Assembly: GCF_026210795.1 (NCBI RefSeq)
Contig: NC_089433.1
Location: forward strand, 5,580,001 to 5,644,000
Reading direction: 5' to 3'
Length of the DNA: 64,000 nucleotides
Source: Rhizophagus irregularis
Taxonomy: Eukaryota
The position numbers were made by a program, and so were the translations under genes. Below the pieces are notes generated by a model. The model was not told where the DNA came from and searched no databases. It saw nothing but the letters and a program-made list of their open reading frames with translations. Positions 47,886 to 61,439 of the stretch are shown piece after piece (within the stretch, counting starts at the first letter, position 1; each line of letters starts with the position of its first letter).

Positions 47886-50800
47886 TTATTCTACTCTATC
47901 ATTTTTTATCCAGTTTTTTAGACACATACATGCTTGAATAGTTTCTCGTCCTAAACTAGAACGTCTCTTTGTAATTAGGTCGGTTCCTCCAGAAAATATT
48001 CTTTCTACAGGTACACTCGTACCTAAAAAGTTCAAAAATTATATTAAATAAAATAAAAAAATTATAAGTTATAAAATCAAACAAATTCACACCTGGAATC
48101 GCTAAAAAATCTCTTGCCATATTCGCAAGATGTGGATAAGTTGCTTCATGTGTCTATAATGCAAATATAATTAGATGTCAGTATAATATTTATTGGAATT
48201 ATTAGAATTTTTTTATAACTTACTTTCCACCACTGTAGTGGATCAGTTTTAAATGCCACTGCAGGTTTTCGGAGATATTCTTCCAGCTCATCTTCATCCC
48301 TATCATTGTTATCCAATTCAAATATACAGAAAAAATCATTCCTGACAGATTCAACTAAACTATCGGTATTTTGAAAAGTATTTTTGTAATTATTGTTGTA
48401 TGTTTCTTTAATAATTTTTAAAGAAGCATCAATATATTCTTGTTCCCATTTTTGTTGGGTATAATATTTTAATTTTATTCGCGGATCAAGGACTAAAAAA
48501 TTACAGATGCATAAAATTTAAATAATTTAAATTTTATACAATATTATAAAGATAGTAAAATACAAAAATTTATAAATTACTCATTGCTATTGGATAAATG
48601 TATGAATCATTTGTTCTGGCATAATATTCCTTGAGTTTTTCGTACCCCATTCTTATTGCACTACGAACTTCCAGAATTGGAAGGTCGTCTAAAGCGGGGA
48701 CAAATCACGTGATTCGGTGTAATTTTAATTAGATTAATTTTTTTTAAAGAAAGATTAATAGAAACTTTAAAATCATAACATAAGCGTATTTTTATCTGCT
48801 TTGCAAGTTTACTTAAGGAAAAAAAGTGGATTATGAATATTGTTTTTGACTTTACATATGAATGAACGAAACTTTGCCGATCATATTCAAAAATGGATAA
48901 CGAAATTGAAAAAGTCAAATAAATCAAAAACAGCATTCAAAACCCTACTCTGCACTCTAAGTAAACTTGCAGAGCAGGCAAAATGCATTTAGGATGTGTG
49001 TTTAGAATGGTTGAATATATGGTAAAAAGTTTTATTTTATGAAAACAATTTTTTTTGAAGTCACGTGATTTGCTCCTGCTTTAGACGACCTCAGAATTGG
49101 GCAGTAATTTGTATTTTGTTCATCTAAAAGATTTTCTATATGTTCTAATAAGGCATTATACACAGGAATTGATGCCGAAAGCGTAATGAATTTTGATTGA
49201 GACATATATTCAGTAGCATCTTGGAAAATCTAAATTATAAAATTATACTTAATTTAATTGAATAAGTGATGATAAATTTAATAATTAATAAATATTACTT
49301 TAAGTACTCGGCATAATTCTTCTATAATTTTCCATTCATCCGATAAGATGGAAAAATCATTTAGCTCTCGGTCAATAGCTGCAATATTATCAAGAGGCTG
49401 TATAAATGTAATACTAGATAAATAAATTAATACATTATATCTAGTATATACTGTATTTATATATGTTTATTTAAATAGTTTTACCACTTGAAGTTCAAGA
49501 GCGCATTTTAACATTAGGTACGTTGAATTCCATCTCATCTTAACATCTAAAATAAGGTTTAATTCTTTAATATTTTGACTATTGCATTGGCAAAAAAATC
49601 TTTCACGGCGCTATGGTGAAACTCGGATTTTTACAATAAGCTTTCTTAGCTAAATAAAAATTAATAATAAATATTTTTATTTTAGAATAATATTAAAAAA
49701 TATTAGTGTTTTATTCTTACCTTAGGTATTATTTTATTTGTAAAAAGATTTGTATTATTCAAAATATCATCTAAAATTATATCTTCATCTTGTGGTTCTC
49801 CCGCTTTGATATATTTTAGTATCTCTTGAACTGCAAGGTTCATCATATGAGCGATACATCTGACATGATTTCATGGCGATGGAATTCAATGTGATTTTTG
49901 ATGCACATCTTTTCAAATTCCTTAAGAAAGGTATTGTTATTAGCGGCATTGTCCGTTGTTATTCCAAGGGTCTAAATTAAGTGTATTATAGTATTATCAT
50001 TAGTATTTTTATTTTGTCTTTATAATACATTATATATATTAATATATACTTAACCTTTGTGAATATTTTTTTCTTTTCAAGGCATTTTAAAAATGCATTT
50101 GCCAGATTTTCGCCTGAATGAGAACCCTCTAAATAAATAAAATCAAGAAGAATATCTCTAAGTTTCCAGTTAGCATCAATATAATGGCATGTTATGCCGA
50201 GAAATCCAAGAATATTAGGAGAGGTCCAAGCATCCAACGCAAAACTTATTTTTCCTGAAACGTTCTTCAATTTTAAGAGGTAAGTAAATTAATTTAATTA
50301 TATAATAATAATAAATTAAAATTTATAAATTCTTTACTAACCTGTAATAAATTTTGAATTTTTGTTTGATAATTTTTAAAAATTTTTAAAATATCATTTT
50401 TAACCGTATCTGCAGTCGGAATACGTGTTAATGGATTACAAATATTAATCAAATAACCAAACTCGGGAGATTCAACAGTGGTAAATGGCAGATCATCTGC
50501 AGTGATCCATATAGCAAGTTTTTTCCCGAAAAATCTCATTTGTAAATATCTATAAATAGGTTTAATTAATGAATAAATTATTACTTTAAAAATAAAATAA
50601 ATAAATTATACTTACTAATCGTTGATTATCTTCACGTAGAAAATTATTCATCAATTCTACTTGCTTCATAGTAGGAGGATCAATTTTGTTTGGATGTAAC
50701 TTAAGATGGCGATTTAAATTACCTGTTGAGCTCCCTTTGCCCATATTATATTTACCGCCACTGTTAAATAATATATTATATAAATTATAAAGGAATTTTT

Positions 50801-51315
50801 TAACTGTATTGAAATATAAAAATTCTTTACCTGCAATATCAGCATTTTGCCCATATTACGCCCTTTTCATCTTTAAACTTATCAAAATGATTTTACACAT
50901 TACTTCCTTTTTTATTTTCGTCCAATGTGCTTAAAACTGATTCATCAGCTTTATTTTCGTCTTGAATATTTTGTTCTTCTTCATTTCTACGCAGTTCTTC
51001 ATTTATACGCAGTTCTTCTTCATTTATATGTGGTTCTTCTTCATTTATATGTGGTTCTTCTTCATTTATATGTGGTTCTTCTTCATTTATACGTAATTCT
51101 TCTTCATTTATACATGATTCTTCTTCATTTATATGTGGTACTTCATTTATATCTTTTTCACTTAATATTTCTTCTTGAAGTAATATCTCATCTTCTTGAA
51201 ATAACACTTCATCCTCTTCTTGATCAAATAACATTTTTTCTTTACAAGAATGCTTTGATTTATGAATATTATTATTTTTAAACTTTTTATTGTTTTTACG
51301 TTTTTCTTTAAACAT
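47886..51315 (-). pseudogene. Intron-rich hAT transposase, disrupted
   Basis: BED finger (SSTGNLNRHL), SFALDAWTS, TTDNAANN, HVRCIAHMMNL, VLDPR, YPHLANMARDFLAIP|GTSVPVERIFS. More than 10 introns, stops, a nested MITE and a 21-bp repeat encoding (INEEEPH)n. Confidence 0.92.
48681..49091. mobile_element. MITE with 9-bp TSD (Mutator- or Merlin-like)
   Basis: TSD cagaattgg (48672-80, 49092-100). TIR aggtcgtctaaagc...caaatcacgtga. Removal restores the transposase frame NYCPILEVRS. Confidence 0.88.
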
Positions 51316-51790
51316 TTTATATTTTATGAAGTAAAAAAAGAAAAATTTTTTTTACAAAAAAAAGGATTTTCATAGATTTATAACAAACAATTGATAATCA
51401 ATTTACTAATTTGGTTCAATTATTCTGATCAACAGGTTTATTTATTTAATAAATATTTTACATTTAAACGTAATAATAATTTAATATATGTGACCTGAAT
51501 CTGACCCAGATAGACTCGGTTAGATTAAAAAATTTACCTGATCCGATATCAGGTTAATAATTTGTCAACCTGACCTGAAAATTTCGGGTCAACCTGACGA
51601 GTCACCTGGGTTGACCTGACCTGTTCGGAGCTCTATTGGTGATCGTGTAAAAGTGATGACCATAGTAAATTTCGCTAACTTTGTAAAGTTAGAATATTTT
51701 GTGTAACATTACATGGTATGAATATAGTTGGCGATGCTTGCAATTCTTTATGATTCATTGTCAGTTGAATTCTATTAAAATTCATTTAAA

Positions 51791-54610
51791 ATGCAGTGGA
51801 TTGAAGATTCAATTAATAAAAAATTTCTCAAATTATACGAATTTGAAGAATTTAAAAATGTTAATAAAATTTATGATGGTCAATGTTTAGAAGTATACAG
51901 CGCGGTCTACAAAGTTATCATGTAGCGATAAAATCACTACTTTATAATAATAATGAATGCATGAATGAGATTGTTCGTGAGGTTGGTATTGTATGTTTTA
52001 CTGTATATGACAATTAATTTAAAATATTTTTCAGCATTAATTTAGATTCAACTTTATCACCAGTTGAATTACTGCTCTATCTCCAAAATTTATGGAGTTA
52101 CTAGAAAAGGTTTGTTAAATTAAAATTAAAAAAATGAAAAGTTTATTATATTAACATTTAAATTTTAAGGGAAAGATAAATCGTTTTCCTTAGTATTGGA
52201 ATTTGCAGATAATGGAGAAATGATTGATTATTTTCGAAATAGGTGTCAAACTATTTATATGGACGATTTTATTAATATAATTGTTCAAATTGCGAGATTA
52301 TTATTAATTTTGCACGAAGATGATATTTTTGGCATTAATATCATATAACAATTTCTCATAATAATTTGCAAATCACTTTTATTCTATTATTAAATTATTC
52401 TGATTTTAGAGTTCCAATATTTTACTTGATAAAAAGAGAAGAGTTAAACTGTCAAGTTTGGGGCTATCAAAAAGAATTATAAAAGGTTTTCAAAGCAAAA
52501 ATCAAGATATTATCGATTTTAAATCTATTTTTGAATATATAAAGTTTAAGCATGGAAGATACAACAAATTATTTAAAGATAATGAATTTACTTTATTTTA
52601 ATATTTATAATAATTGTATTAATTATGGCAACATTATTGTGACTATACTTGCCACCCATATTAAATGGGATGGGAGAATCCCCTATCCCATCCCATCCCA
52701 TATCCCATCCCTTTTGCCAAAATCCCCTCCTATTTGCCAAAATCCCATTCCAATCCCAAATCCCAATCCCACCCATATCCCATATCCCATATCCCATCCC
52801 TTATCCCAAATAATCTCATTGGTCAATTATCACGTGACGTTACACAAATTTCCAAAAAAGGAAATTTTGCTTCCCGCAAAAATTGAAAGATTTTGGTTTC
52901 ACAAGTATTCCAAAAAAGGAAATTTCTACGCCGATCATATAATTCTGGCCAGCATTGCATCCATTACCAGAATATGAGCAAAATTAAGATCCCGAACAGA
53001 TTTACGAAGTTTATATTTTAACTCCGGCCGGAATTACAAATTATAAAGGTTTAAATCCTTATCCTACAAACCCAATTTTTAAGAGATTTACTGATCAGAT
53101 TTTAATGAAATTTATATCTTTGGATTCGTCTTGATGCAAGGAATTAAATGGTAGTGAAATCATATTTCTAAAATTAATATTGACTGATTTATTATAAAAA
53201 ATGTATTTTTATACTATATATTATTTGAAAGTAACATGTTTATAGCAGTTAGTATTCAGTAATATATTGATTATTTTATTTGAATTAATAATTTTGATGA
53301 TATCTGTTGATATTGTTTTTTTAGATTAACAGTAAATTAATTCCTGGTTTGTAAATATTATTTTATGAAAAAATGTATTTGTAACGCCTGATTACGTATC
53401 TTTATTTGCAACATCCTTTTTTTATTTTTTTTAATAATAAATTTAATATGTGTTTCACAAATAAATTTTTTATATGCAAAATTTAATTTGGAAAACTTTT
53501 ACTTAATGTACTTAAGACAGTTTCATAGATAAAATTTAAGTTATAAGCAGTTTCTTGAAATTTTTTAAAAAATTCTTTTATCTTAGTTACACGACTGATC
53601 TTTTGTTTTTGTTTACATTACGCCTGATTTTAAATTTTAATTGGATAAAATTGGGGGTTGTTACAAATAAGACGCATAACAGGCTGTTACAATTAGATTT
53701 ATCCTTATTTTATTAAATATTTATGCAATAATAATAATATCTATCAAATTATATATATTAGAAATAAATAATCAAACTTTTTTTGATGAATTAATAGATA
53801 GGTTTAAGTTAATTCAAAGTTAAATTGTAATAAAAAATATAAAATAATAAATTGAATAAATATATTTTAAAAACTTTTTATATTAAAAGTAACCAATTAT
53901 TGCTTGCTTTATACATGTTATTTAATAATATATATTATAAAATACATTTTTTATAATAACTTAGTCAATATTAATGTTGGAAATATAATTTCACTGCCAT
54001 TAAATTCCTTGCATCGAGACAAATCCAATGATATAAATTTCATTAAAATCTGATCGGTAAATTTCTTAAAAATTGGGGTATGTAGGATAAGGATTTAAAC
54101 TAAATTCTGACCTGAATTAACATTAGACTTCGAAAACTAAAATATTACGGCCGGAATTATGTGATCGGCATAGAAATTTCCTTTTTTGGAATACTTGTGA
54201 AACCAAATCCGCCCATTTTTTGCGGGAGGCAAAATTTCCTTTTTTTGGAAGTTTGTGTAACGTCACGTGATAATTGGCCAATGGTAGAAATGTTACACAA
54301 GTATTTTGGGATTTGGGATGGGATGGGATTTGGGATTGGGATTTGGGATGGGATGGGATATGGGATGGGAGGGGAGGGGATGGGAGGGGATTTTAAATGG
54401 GCGGCAAGTATAATTGTGACAGATTGTATAAACTCTAGAGTCTAGAAGTTTAGAAGAATGTATTAATAAGTTGGAATCTATAGGTCGCTCTAATAAAGGT
54501 AAATGTAATTTATGTTTATTCATTATTGTAAGTACAAAAGCTAATTAATTTTTTTGATAGGACGGGAAGTCAAAATTGTCGTATTTAAAAACGAAAAAAA
54601 AACATTTAGT
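51791..54610 (+). pseudogene. Degenerate TKL-type kinase-like gene, copy 2
   Basis: MQWIEDSINKKFLKLYEFEEFKN..; 1-bp deletion near 51913 relative to copy 1; same exon structure and 3' flank as copy 1. Confidence 0.8.
52644..54412. mobile_element. hAT-type foldback MITE with ~600-bp inverted arms
   Basis: 8-bp TSD attgtgac (52636-43, 54413-20). TIR tatacttgcc(a/g)cccat. (atccc)n and (gggat)n subterminal tracts. Empty site in kinase copy 1 near 31393-31405. Confidence 0.93.
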
Positions 54611-57600
54611 AAACTTTTGAATTATAACAATAAAAATAGTATCGCATCAAGAGTTAAATTGAAACATGGGGAAAGCATTGGTCAAAGAGTAAAAAACTGA
54701 CATATTGAAATGAAACGTAAAAAATAATACAAATGTGATCGTCTGGAGTATAATTACAAATACTTCTTTTTCATTTTCACAGTATCTGTGTATCAATAGA
54801 ATGTAAGTTTATTACTACGGGAATTAAACTAGTTTTTAGTCATAGAGTTTCTTCGCCATTATCACGGTAAATTAAATTGTTTGCTAATTCTACATACCGG
54901 AATTAATATATCTAGTTTGTATACAATCATTTACTTCGACAATGTAATTCAACGACGTATTAAACAATAAATATTCCAAGTTAAAATAATACATTTTAGG
55001 TTGAATTGATTTGAGATTTTGAGTAAACTATAATAAGTATTGTGTATTTTAAGTAACTTATAAATTAAGGCAATTCTGTGACAACTAAATTTTGAGCTTT
55101 AAATGTAATTAGATACTCGATTAAATGACAAGACAAAAATTTAATTCGAGTCAGAAAATGTCAATTGAATTGTCATTCATTAATAATCTGACTAATTGCA
55201 TCAAAAATAAATAAATCCCTTTCATAAAACTGCAATTTGATTAATAGCTTTGATAATTTGAAACAGTTATAACGAACTTTACAGAATTCAAAAAAATTTA
55301 ATCAGAAGTTATTCAGTAAATAAATATAAACCACCTGAATCTCGAATGAATTATGCAAATAATCGCTCAATAATTAGCGTTAGCTGAAATATAAATAATA
55401 AGTATCAGAATGAGGATTAGGGCGTTGAATTAAACGAATCAATTAAATAAACTAAATTAAACATTTTACAAATATAGAAACCAGACAATTCAATAAGACA
55501 TTGAAATATAGATGATAATTTTAAACATATCTTTTCAGATGCTTGTAAAAATTCACGATAGTTTTTTATTTTATTAGACGTATAAATCTACAAATTTGGT
55601 AGAAATCATCATCTTTTAGCTAACACTTTTATGGAAACATTAGAATTTACTTTTTTATAAACATGATATTTTATTACAGTCATCACTGACGTATAAATCT
55701 ACAAATTTGGATCATCATCTTTTAAAAGCTAACACTTTTATGGAAACATTAGATTTACTTTTTTATAAACATGATTATTTTATTCACAACCATTTAGTAC
55801 TAGTCTTGCGTCAATTTATTAATACTAAAAAAATATAAATACTGATTTAAAAAGTTTTACTTAGATAGAGCCTAATCTTCTGAAATGCTGGTATACTGTA
55901 TATATAATTTATGTTTATTTAGTTGAAATTTTTCAATTTACATAGATTGAAAATCCTTTTACGAATACGTATTAAGAGGATATGTTTATTTTTCTTTAAT
56001 TTTATGTATTGGGGACAAAGAACAAGGGATAGATAAGGGGGAATGGTATAATAAATATGAAAGTAAATATTTTTGGTTTATTTATAATGAAAGAAAATGA
56101 TATTGAAATTTTTTTTAGAAATTAACGAAGAAAATAAAGAAACGGAAAAGAATCGGAGAACAATAAGAACAATAAACCATGTGTATGGTGTGTATTAAGG
56201 GGGAAGGTTTGTTGCATTATGTAGAAAGAAAAAATCGGAGGATAATTTAAATCGTGGATATGAAACAAGATTCTATTAAGGTAGCTTTTAAAGAGTTTTC
56301 CACAATTAAAAATTTTTAATGATTTAATAACAAACATTAAAAATATTTCTCTTTTCGCAATGATTTTAGTATTTATTGCACATTTAGGTCCATTTATTGA
56401 TATGTCGTATTGCCAAACGCAGATGAATGTACACGTTAGTAAAGTTTACGCTTCGTAAGATAAATGGAATCTAAATGTTATATAAATCTTCATTGATTTA
56501 TTATTTAAATAAAAAAGAAACCAACAGTTAAAAAGGTTTGTAGGCTAAACTTTAATCTGTATCATGTGACTCATACTTTCCATCACGTCATACAATTACT
56601 AAATAAGTCTATGATCGACTAATAATTAACCAATTGGCTAGTACCTCGTGCAGGGTTTGTCTTATTCATTTCAAACTTCAGTCATAGCAGAAGTAGTGAG
56701 GCAAATGTTCATAGCTAAAATCCTATGTTATAAATAGGTTAAAAATTTACAGTTTGATAAATTAAAAAGTAATATTTATTATGTACGATTTTTTTGAAAT
56801 TTAATTTTTGTTATTTCTAGCACATTTATCAAATGTCACTCTAATTTATGATTTATAAAAGTTTGAAGACACCATATTTTTGTCGTTTATAGATGATAGC
56901 CACCATATAATGATAGATTTTCAAATGCTTTAGTCATTTCTTCAACCAAATTTTGATTTCTTACAACAAATTTTAATTTTCACGTTTAAAATTAAACGAT
57001 TTGACGTGTGATGTGAAAATTATACCACGTGACTTAGGATTGTGTAACTTTGTAATTTATAAAAAACGTTTTTTTAATATTATGGAGGTAATTGAATTTC
57101 TGCGAATACTTATATAATTACACCTTCAACAATTGTTTTCCGCATCATTCAGTCCCTTCAAGGAGAATTTCCAAGTTTTGATTTTATAATTTATGAAGCA
57201 AAGAAAGCAGTAGACTGGCCTTATTAAAGATAAAAGACCATGACCGCGAGTGTAAAGTGTATAAAGCGTTTATACTTCATGAAAATATATTGTAACCATG
57301 ATTAGTTTGTATTCGATGATGATTTGAATGATGGCTTTTGACGACCAAATAGTATATTAATTTTGTATTTGAGGTCTGAATAGAGTATCATTGATAAAAT
57401 GTATTTTGAATAAAACTTGATAATTGATATTTTGATGATAGCTTTGACGAGCATTGAATATTTTTTGTGTATTTGAGGTCTGAATAGAGTTTCATTGAAA
57501 AAGTTTATTTTGAATTTTAATAATTATTAAAAGAATGTTATGAATATTTACAATTGAGAATAATTAATTAGTTGATATAGATCTTTAAATTAAATTTCAT

Positions 57601-57650
57601 AAAATTTTAAAGAAATTAACAGTATTGTTATTTTAAGTTAAAACAAGTAT

Positions 57651-58745
57651 ATGATTCTGTACAAAGCTTAAATGAAATCGGTGCTTTTGAACATTATAAG
57701 GTATTTATCTATTTATTGCAGTTGTTTAACTTTGTAAATTTATATAATAATGAGATTTCAAACGTTTTTAGAGTTCCAGTAGTGATGACGAAAGTCCAAT
57801 TGCTATCTATAAAAACATTGTTAATTTATTTAATTTAACGTAAGTAATTGATTGTTGATTGAAGTCACCTGAATCAGACGAAGATGTAGAATTATGCGAC
57901 GCTATTTTAGATAAATTATCTCTTATTAATATTGAGGAACTTAGTTGGAAGGACCCTGTAGCCAGCCTTGTGCTTGATGAGAATTCGAATCTAATAAAAC
58001 CCTTAGACAAGATATCACTGCAGCAATTATCTGTATATTTTTTTTAGTATTGTCTTATCATTTGCGATCTTTCACTGTACATAATGAATGAATTAATTTT
58101 ATTATTGCACTACAATTAGGAGCCAAAAGGCTTTATCTTCCCGAAATTAGAGATGAAATAAATACAAAATGTATTATGCTTCAAACGAGTTCTTTCATAG
58201 TATTAATTTTTCACCAGTTCCTGTGAAATTTTTGCATGATTCAAAATGGAAGGAGGTTCCTTCTAAACAGAAACAAGTCGTTGATAATATTTTGCTAGTG
58301 CTGTAAGTGAATTTTTTTATTAATTTACTATAATTTGAGTAATTTAATTTAGCGCTAATTATTTTTAGTAAAGAAGTATGGAACAACCGTACTTATTCAG
58401 ATCATAAATTTACCAAAAAATTGAACGAAGGTTCATATTTCTCGGATGTAATAAATCCCTTGCTTCGTGCTTCTTTAAGTGGAATTGATCGTGACAACAC
58501 ATATTTACCGTGTAAGTATTTATTAACAATTAACATTTATTGGCAATTATAACCATTTTTTTAATTGTATTAATAGGAACTTATGTACTTAGAAACTACT
58601 CGTATTTGTTGTGCGTCACAAAAAAAGAAAGATGATTACGTGAAACTTTGGCGTCAGTGCAATGATGGAATTACATGGGTTTATAATTCTTGTTCACCTG
58701 CAAGGAATCAATTTTGCTTATTGGGATTACAGACTTTTGGTACAA
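57651..58745 (+). pseudogene. Multi-exon PD-(D/E)XK-like hypothetical gene remnant
   Basis: Exons give KKLNEGSYFSDVINPLLRASL and ELMYLETTR..QKKKDDYVKLWRQCNDG...LGLQTFG; disrupted. Confidence 0.5.
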
Positions 58746-58869
58746 ATTTAATTAATTTAATTTATCAATTGTATAATTACTTGTGTAAGGTATTTAAATA
58801 CATTTTGGCTATTGTACGTGATTTATATTTGAATGCAATCCATAGCGAATCAATTTTTTTTAAAAAATA

Positions 58870-59210
58870 TTCTATACATATTCCGGACATTTTCCGTATT
58901 AGAAGAAAATTATTAATTTTTTTTTAAAAAAAAATTCCATACATATTCCGGACATTTTCCGCATTAGAAAATTATTAATTTTTTTTTTTAAAAAAAATTC
59001 CATACATATTCCGGACATTTTCCGCATTAGAAAATTATTAATTTTTTTTAAAAAAAAATTCCATACATATTCCGGACATTTTCCGCATTAGAAAATTATT
59101 AATTTTTTTTTAAAAAAAATTCCATACATATTCCGGACATTTTCCGCATTAGAAAATTATTAATTTTTTTTTTAAAAAATAATTCTATGCATATTCCGGA
59201 CAATTAGTAA
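58870..59210. repeat. ~62-bp tandem repeat, ~5 copies, probably subterminal repeats of an element ending near 59368
   Basis: Unit ttccatacatattccggacattttccgcattagaaaattattaatttttttttaaaaaaaa. ccggaca motifs continue to tttttataggggtg. Confidence 0.85.
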
Positions 59211-59859
59211 TTTTCTGTACGTATTCTGGACATTTAAAAAATTATGAACAGATGATGTGATTATTTTTTAGGACGAAAAATGGTTATTTCCTGGACACGC
59301 TCAAATATACCAGGACATTTTCCGGACATTTTGTAGATATTTCCGGACAATTCTTTTTTATAGGGGTGTTTATTTTCAAAAAATTCATAATTTAGATTGG
59401 AATAAAGTTCATACCAATGTAAAAAGATTAGTAAAATACCATCATGTACAATTTATAGAGCAGTTGTAATTAAAGATTGAACAATTGGAGTGGTTAATTT
59501 AGAGGAAATAAAAGATTATGAGAGCATTTTAATAAAATATAAAAAATTTTTGATTATTAATATTATAATATTTACAGGAATAAATTCTTAAGTATGATTT
59601 AAGATACGTGGAAAAGTTCTTCCGAGTCAGCAATTTCAAAAAATGAGTATGATTAGTTAAAGGGTGCTCTCTCAATGTTATTTACTAGCGCAAAAACTAA
59701 TACTGTAATGTTCATAATATTAACTCATAGTGGAATTATTTGTCTCACTGGTAAAAAAACACAAAAGCAATAATTTTTTAATAATTTAATCTCTTTAATT
59801 TTTACAAATTTAAGAATTACATGACACATGTATTGTTTAAGAAAACCTACAAAATCTAC

Positions 59860-61259
59860 TTAAGAAATTTGAAAAAACTCTTTAAATTCAGGATCTTGCT
59901 CTAATTTTTGCATGTGTTCAATAATTAAGCTTGTATAAGCTTGTATTCCATCATCATATTTAGTTCCAAGTAGGATAACTATTCCATCCAAATTTCTTCC
60001 TCTTCTCAAGCTAAATCTTAATGGAGTTCCATAACCAAAATCTAAATCATATAATGAAGATTTAGACCAATTGGTCAAGACAAGATCTTTACCACAATAG
60101 TAATTACAATTTAATTTAATTTCACTTTTATTTGGTTGTTGCTCAATCCAATCAATTGAGGATCTTATTTTTGAGTCATTTACTTTATCAATTGCTTTTC
60201 GTATTTGAAGTGCAAGATTTGGTTGAGATCCATTTATCAACTCAGAAACAAGCATTTTTGGAACCGTATTTCTAGGAAATATCAGGAATATAAATATCAA
60301 AATTTATCAGCGATTTAAGATAAGACATATCAGTTAACTTACAAGATACAATTACCAAAATAATTTGGTGGAAAGAATGGTTTGAGTCTTTTTCTTCCAT
60401 CACAAGGAAATGCACAAATAACTTCTGCATCTAAAGGAATTCCACGTGCTCTAGTTACCAATCTCCAAAGGTGAGCTACAAGTGCATCATTAGCTGAAAC
60501 CAAATTATGTTCACCAGAATAAACATTGCATAATTTTTTTAAATTATCTCTATTAATATGAAATAATTTTGTTATCATCGGTGGCATCGGTGGCATCGCT
60601 TGAGAAGCCTCAGTCGGAAGTTTAAACAGCTTGAATTCAGGATGCTCATGAGTTGGTGGGTTACCACTAGCCTTTAGTAAAGAACGGTCATGTACAGGAG
60701 GAATGATTGGTTCTTGACGAGCCTTACGTCCCCAATTATCTAAAAAACAAAATAATGAGATACCATCTGCAATTGTATGATGCATGACCGTTCCTAAAAC
60801 AACAGATCCATCAGCTAATGTGGTATGTTGTACCATAAGTAATGGCACATCCAAAGGAAGTGATATTAATCCATGAGTTACAGGTAAATCAGGTACAAGA
60901 TGATCTGGAATTGAAGAAGGCTGCCAATTTTTTTCTTCAAGTTGTTGAATTGTAATATCTGGGCTTTCGGCTATGATAAATGGAATACCTTGATCACAAC
61001 ATGCAATGCTTAATTTACCATCAATTTCTTTTTTTAAACGACCAGCCAATGGATAATAATCAGATAAAATATCTCCCAATGAATCACGTAGTTTACTAGG
61101 ATCCATAAAATCATTTTTGTTATCAACATTCTTGTAAAAATGATGAGCAAACATGTAAACCATTGGAAGTACTAAATCATGATTAGATAGAATTATTGGT
61201 GAATGTTGTGTTGGTTGAGTTGGCCTGACATTATAAGTTTCTTTAATACTAACAGTCAT
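59860..61259 (-). CDS. BAHD/transferase-family CoA-dependent acyltransferase (exons 61259-60343, 60271-59860)
   Basis: YYPLAGRL, HxxxDG (HTIADG), YFGNC and DFGYG motifs. One GT-AG intron keeps the frame. Confidence 0.93.
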
Positions 61260-61439
61260 TTTGAACAAAAATTTGCGGTAAAAAGAAACTATAATTTAGA
61301 ATAATTTTGTGAATTTATAAAGTTTACGCAGATTTTTCCCAAGCCAAATTAGGTATCGCTATCCACTGATTTTACCCAACTTGGATTTTCCCGAAATTAT
61401 TATTATGATCGGACATTTATCAATCTATAGTATAGTGGT

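Larger units (their letters stand above)
41451..51635 (-). mobile_element. hAT transposon 3 (both ends present) with nested insertions
   Basis: 8-bp TSD ttggtgat (41443-50, 51636-43). TIR tagagctctgaacgggtcagg vs rc tagagctccgaacaggtcagg. acctga subterminal repeats. Confidence 0.93.

Noticed and set aside
52552..52977. Pro/Gly-rich ORFs and a telomere-like reading of (gggat)n
   Set aside because: These are MITE subterminal repeats, not TTAGGG, and are bounded by a TIR and TSD.
55577..57520. Two-copy ~110-bp direct repeats (55577-55785 and 57310-57515)
   Set aside because: Simple local duplications with no further structure.
59745..59760. cactggtaaaaaa as left TIR of the array D element, which would make the acyltransferase cargo
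   Set aside because: Only a partial TIR match, and the flanks (tct vs aaa) give no TSD.
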